DNA of 48,076 nucleotides from Candidatus Krumholzibacteriia bacterium (GTDB lineage Bacteria; Krumholzibacteriota; Krumholzibacteriia; LZORAL124-64-63): NCBI GenBank assembly GCA_046484865.1, contig JAWOID010000049.1, positions 1 to 48,076 of the forward strand, read 5' to 3'. Shown piece by piece: positions 45,674 to 48,076 of this stretch (position 1 is its first letter; each line of letters starts with the position of its first letter). The notes under the pieces were generated by a model. It saw only the letters and a program-made list of their open reading frames with translations, ran no database searches and was not told where the DNA came from. The position numbers and the translations under genes were made by a program.

Positions 45674-47062
45674 ATGAATCTCCAGCGCCTGATCAGGAGG
45701 ATGCGGAGCGGCAAGGCCTGGCGCCTGCGCGTGACGCTGCTGGTGCTGGCCGCGGCCACCGTGGTCCTGCTGGTCGTCAATCTCATCGACCTGGTGCAGC
45801 TCTACGACCAGTATGGCTCCTGGCGCGGCTTCTGGAACGCGCGCTGGCAGCTCGAGAGCGGCATCGCGTCGCTGGTCACCTCGGGCCTCTTCCATCTGTT
45901 CATCCTCTTCCTGGGCTGGAGCATCTGGTTCCGGGTGCGACATCGTGAACTGGAAGACCTGCGGCTCCGCCGTTCCGAGCAGAAGTACCGCAGCATCATC
46001 AATCACGCCGGCGAGGCCATCTTCCTCCTGGACACCGACGGTCGGGTGCTGGAGTGGAACAAGGCGGCGGAGACGCTGTTCGGGGCCCCGCGGCGGAACG
46101 CCCTGAACCGCCGCTTCCAGGACATCCACCTGTGCTACGGCATCGAGGTGGAACGCGCCATGGCCGACGCGCTCAAGCACAAGCGCAGCTTGAGCTTCGA
46201 GTTCCCTTTCCCCCGTCGCCAGTGCCAGCCGGGCAGCGACGGTCGACCCGGGGAGATCAGCCTGACCATCTCGCCGGTGACCGGCGGCGGCGGTCCGGTG
46301 GAGCTGCCGCCGACCGTCGTGGTCATCGCCCGCGACATCACCCGCGAGAAGCAGCTCGAGTCGAAGATGAGCGAGACGGAGAAACTGGCGGGAATTGGCC
46401 AGCTGGCGGCGGGTATCGCCCACCAGCTGAACACGCCGCTGGGCTCGATCCTGCTGTCCGCCCAGATGCTCGAGGACGGAGGCCTCGCCGAGGACGAGGT
46501 CGAGGACGTGCGGCGGATCATCCGGCAGACCGAGCAGTGCCGCACCATCATCAAGGGACTGCTGAACTTCGCGCGCCCCAGCGGCAGCGAGCGCACCGTG
46601 GTCCCCCTGCCGGAGGTCGTGCGCGAGACCGTCTATCTGATGGAGAAGGCGCTGCGGGTGGCCGACGTGAAGCTCGACATCCGCGAGGAGACCGAGGCCG
46701 AGGTGCGCGGCAACCGCAACGAACTCGACCAGGTGTTCTTCAACCTTCTGGCCAACTCGCTGGACGCCATGCCGCAGGGCGGGGAGATCCGCGTGGTCTT
46801 CCGCGAGGGGTCGCCCGGCGAGGTGGAAGTGGAGTTCCGCGACACGGGCGAGGGGATTCCGGCGGAGAGCCAGGACAAGGTCTTCCTGCCGTTCTTCACC
46901 ACCAAGGAGTACGGTCGCGGCACCGGGCTGGGCCTGTCGATCGTGGCGCGGATCGTGCATGAGCACGGCGGACGGATCGAGATGGAGAGCCGGCGCGGCG
47001 AAGGAACGGCGTTCACCCTCGCCTTCCCGCGACCGGTGCGGGCCGCGGAACCGAGGATCTGA
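45674..47062 (+). CDS. Membrane PAS-domain sensor histidine kinase (NtrB-like)
   Basis: Two TM helices, PAS, H-box GIAHQLNTPL, NLLANSLDA, DTGEG, PFFTTK and GTGLGL. Confidence 0.93.
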   Translation: MNLQRLIRRMRSGKAWRLRVTLLVLAAATVVLLVVNLIDLVQLYDQYGSWRGFWNARWQLESGIASLVTSGLFHLFILFLGWSIWFRVRHRELEDLRLRRSEQKYRSIINHAGEAIFLLDTDGRVLEWNKAAETLFGAPRRNALNRRFQDIHLCYGIEVERAMADALKHKRSLSFEFPFPRRQCQPGSDGRPGEISLTISPVTGGGGPVELPPTVVVIARDITREKQLESKMSETEKLAGIGQLAAGIAHQLNTPLGSILLSAQMLEDGGLAEDEVEDVRRIIRQTEQCRTIIKGLLNFARPSGSERTVVPLPEVVRETVYLMEKALRVADVKLDIREETEAEVRGNRNELDQVFFNLLANSLDAMPQGGEIRVVFREGSPGEVEVEFRDTGEGIPAESQDKVFLPFFTTKEYGRGTGLGLSIVARIVHEHGGRIEMESRRGEGTAFTLAFPRPVRAAEPRI

Positions 47063-47066
47063 CAGC

Positions 47067-48076
47067 GTGAGGATTCCCGAGCACACCCGGATCCTGCTGA
47101 TGGCCACCGACGAGCGGTCCAGCCGCGAGTACGGGATCGGCCGGCGCATGGTCCTGGCGCTGCTGGCGCTCCTGGCGGTGACCGGGCTCCTCCTGACGGC
47201 CCTGCTGGTGGCGTTCGCACTCCAGAGCCGGGAGGTGCGCGAGCTGCGGCTCGCCACCGTGGAACTCGACCAGGCCCGGCGCGAGGCCGGGCAGGTGCGC
47301 GCGCTGAGCCGCGAACTCGAGCAGATGCGGTCGTTCCAGGAGCGACTGCTGGTGATGCTCGGGGTGCGGCTGCCGGCGGCGCGCGACAGCGGCGAGGGGC
47401 TGCTGGCGACCGCCGCGACCACGGGGCCTGCGGATCTGACCGACCTCCCCCGCCCTGCCGGCCCCATCGGCACCACCGGCCCCGCCACCGGCGACCCGCA
47501 CGCCCCGGGGCTCACGGATGATCGCCCCGCCCGGGCGCTCGGCGGCGTTCACGCCGCGGCGGGCTTCAGCGGAATTCTGGGCAGCGTCGCCGGCCGAGGT
47601 ACCGGCATCGTGGCCGGCCATGGCGCCGGCGATCTCGCCGGCGACAACGTCGGCGCATTCGTTCCCGGGAGCACGGACGACCGCCTCGGGCGGGCCTCCG
47701 CGGTGGTCGTCAGCCCGCCGCCGGACCTCTGGCCGGCACGCGGCTACGTGACCCGGGAGTTCATCGTGGGACAGCCGAATCGTGGTATCGTCGCCCATCA
47801 GGGCCTCGACATCGCGGCTCGCGGAGAGGCGCCCGTTCGGGCGGCCGGAGGAGGCGTCGTCTACCGCATCGGCGAGGACCCTTACCTGGGAAACTTCGTT
47901 GAAATCCAGCATGGTTTGGGTTACCTAACGGTCTATGGTCATTGCAGCCGTACCATGGTCGAGCGCGGCCGGAAGGTCGAGCGTGGCCAGGTGATTGCTT
48001 ACGTCGGCGATACCGGCGAGGCCAGCGCGCCGCATCTGCACTTCGAGATCTGGCGCGATGGCGAGGCCATCGACCC
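47067..48076 (+). CDS. M23 family peptidase, partial (runs off window)
   Basis: Frame from GTG 47067: TM helix, coiled coil, WPARGYVTREF, HQGLDIA, YGHC and GDTGEASAPHLHFEIW. Absent from the ORF track because it has no stop in the window. Confidence 0.92.
   Translation, partial: MRIPEHTRILLMATDERSSREYGIGRRMVLALLALLAVTGLLLTALLVAFALQSREVRELRLATVELDQARREAGQVRALSRELEQMRSFQERLLVMLGVRLPAARDSGEGLLATAATTGPADLTDLPRPAGPIGTTGPATGDPHAPGLTDDRPARALGGVHAAAGFSGILGSVAGRGTGIVAGHGAGDLAGDNVGAFVPGSTDDRLGRASAVVVSPPPDLWPARGYVTREFIVGQPNRGIVAHQGLDIAARGEAPVRAAGGGVVYRIGEDPYLGNFVEIQHGLGYLTVYGHCSRTMVERGRKVERGQVIAYVGDTGEASAPHLHFEIWRDGEAID

Overview
High-GC (about 70% by eye) bacterial chromosome segment spanning the replication origin. 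The right two-thirds is the conserved origin cluster: gyrA-gyrB-dciA-recF-dnaN-[oriC]-dnaA on the minus strand, and rpmH-rnpA-yidD-yidC-jag-mnmE-mnmG-rsmG-[2 parS]-parA-parB, a sensor kinase and a partial M23 peptidase on the plus strand. A Phd/ParE-type toxin-antitoxin pair sits between dnaA and oriC. The left 20 kb is accessory. It holds a metallophosphoesterase, an SRA-like HNH nuclease, a DtxR/MntR-regulated Mn/Zn ABC operon, a lipoprotein with Vps62-like and Bin/Toxin_10-like domains, a three-gene candidate defence operon against modified DNA (HIT-PLD-SF2 helicase, EVE-like HNH, UDG-superfamily glycosylase), an ECF sigma/anti-sigma locus and two tandem AAA_14-DUF4143 ATPases. Notable non-coding structure includes two inverted 139-bp hairpin elements between gyrB and gyrA, a dispersed GTACCCGGGTAC palindrome family and DnaA boxes apparently shifted to TTGTCCCCA. 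All family assignments come from recognising motifs by eye; no database search was run.
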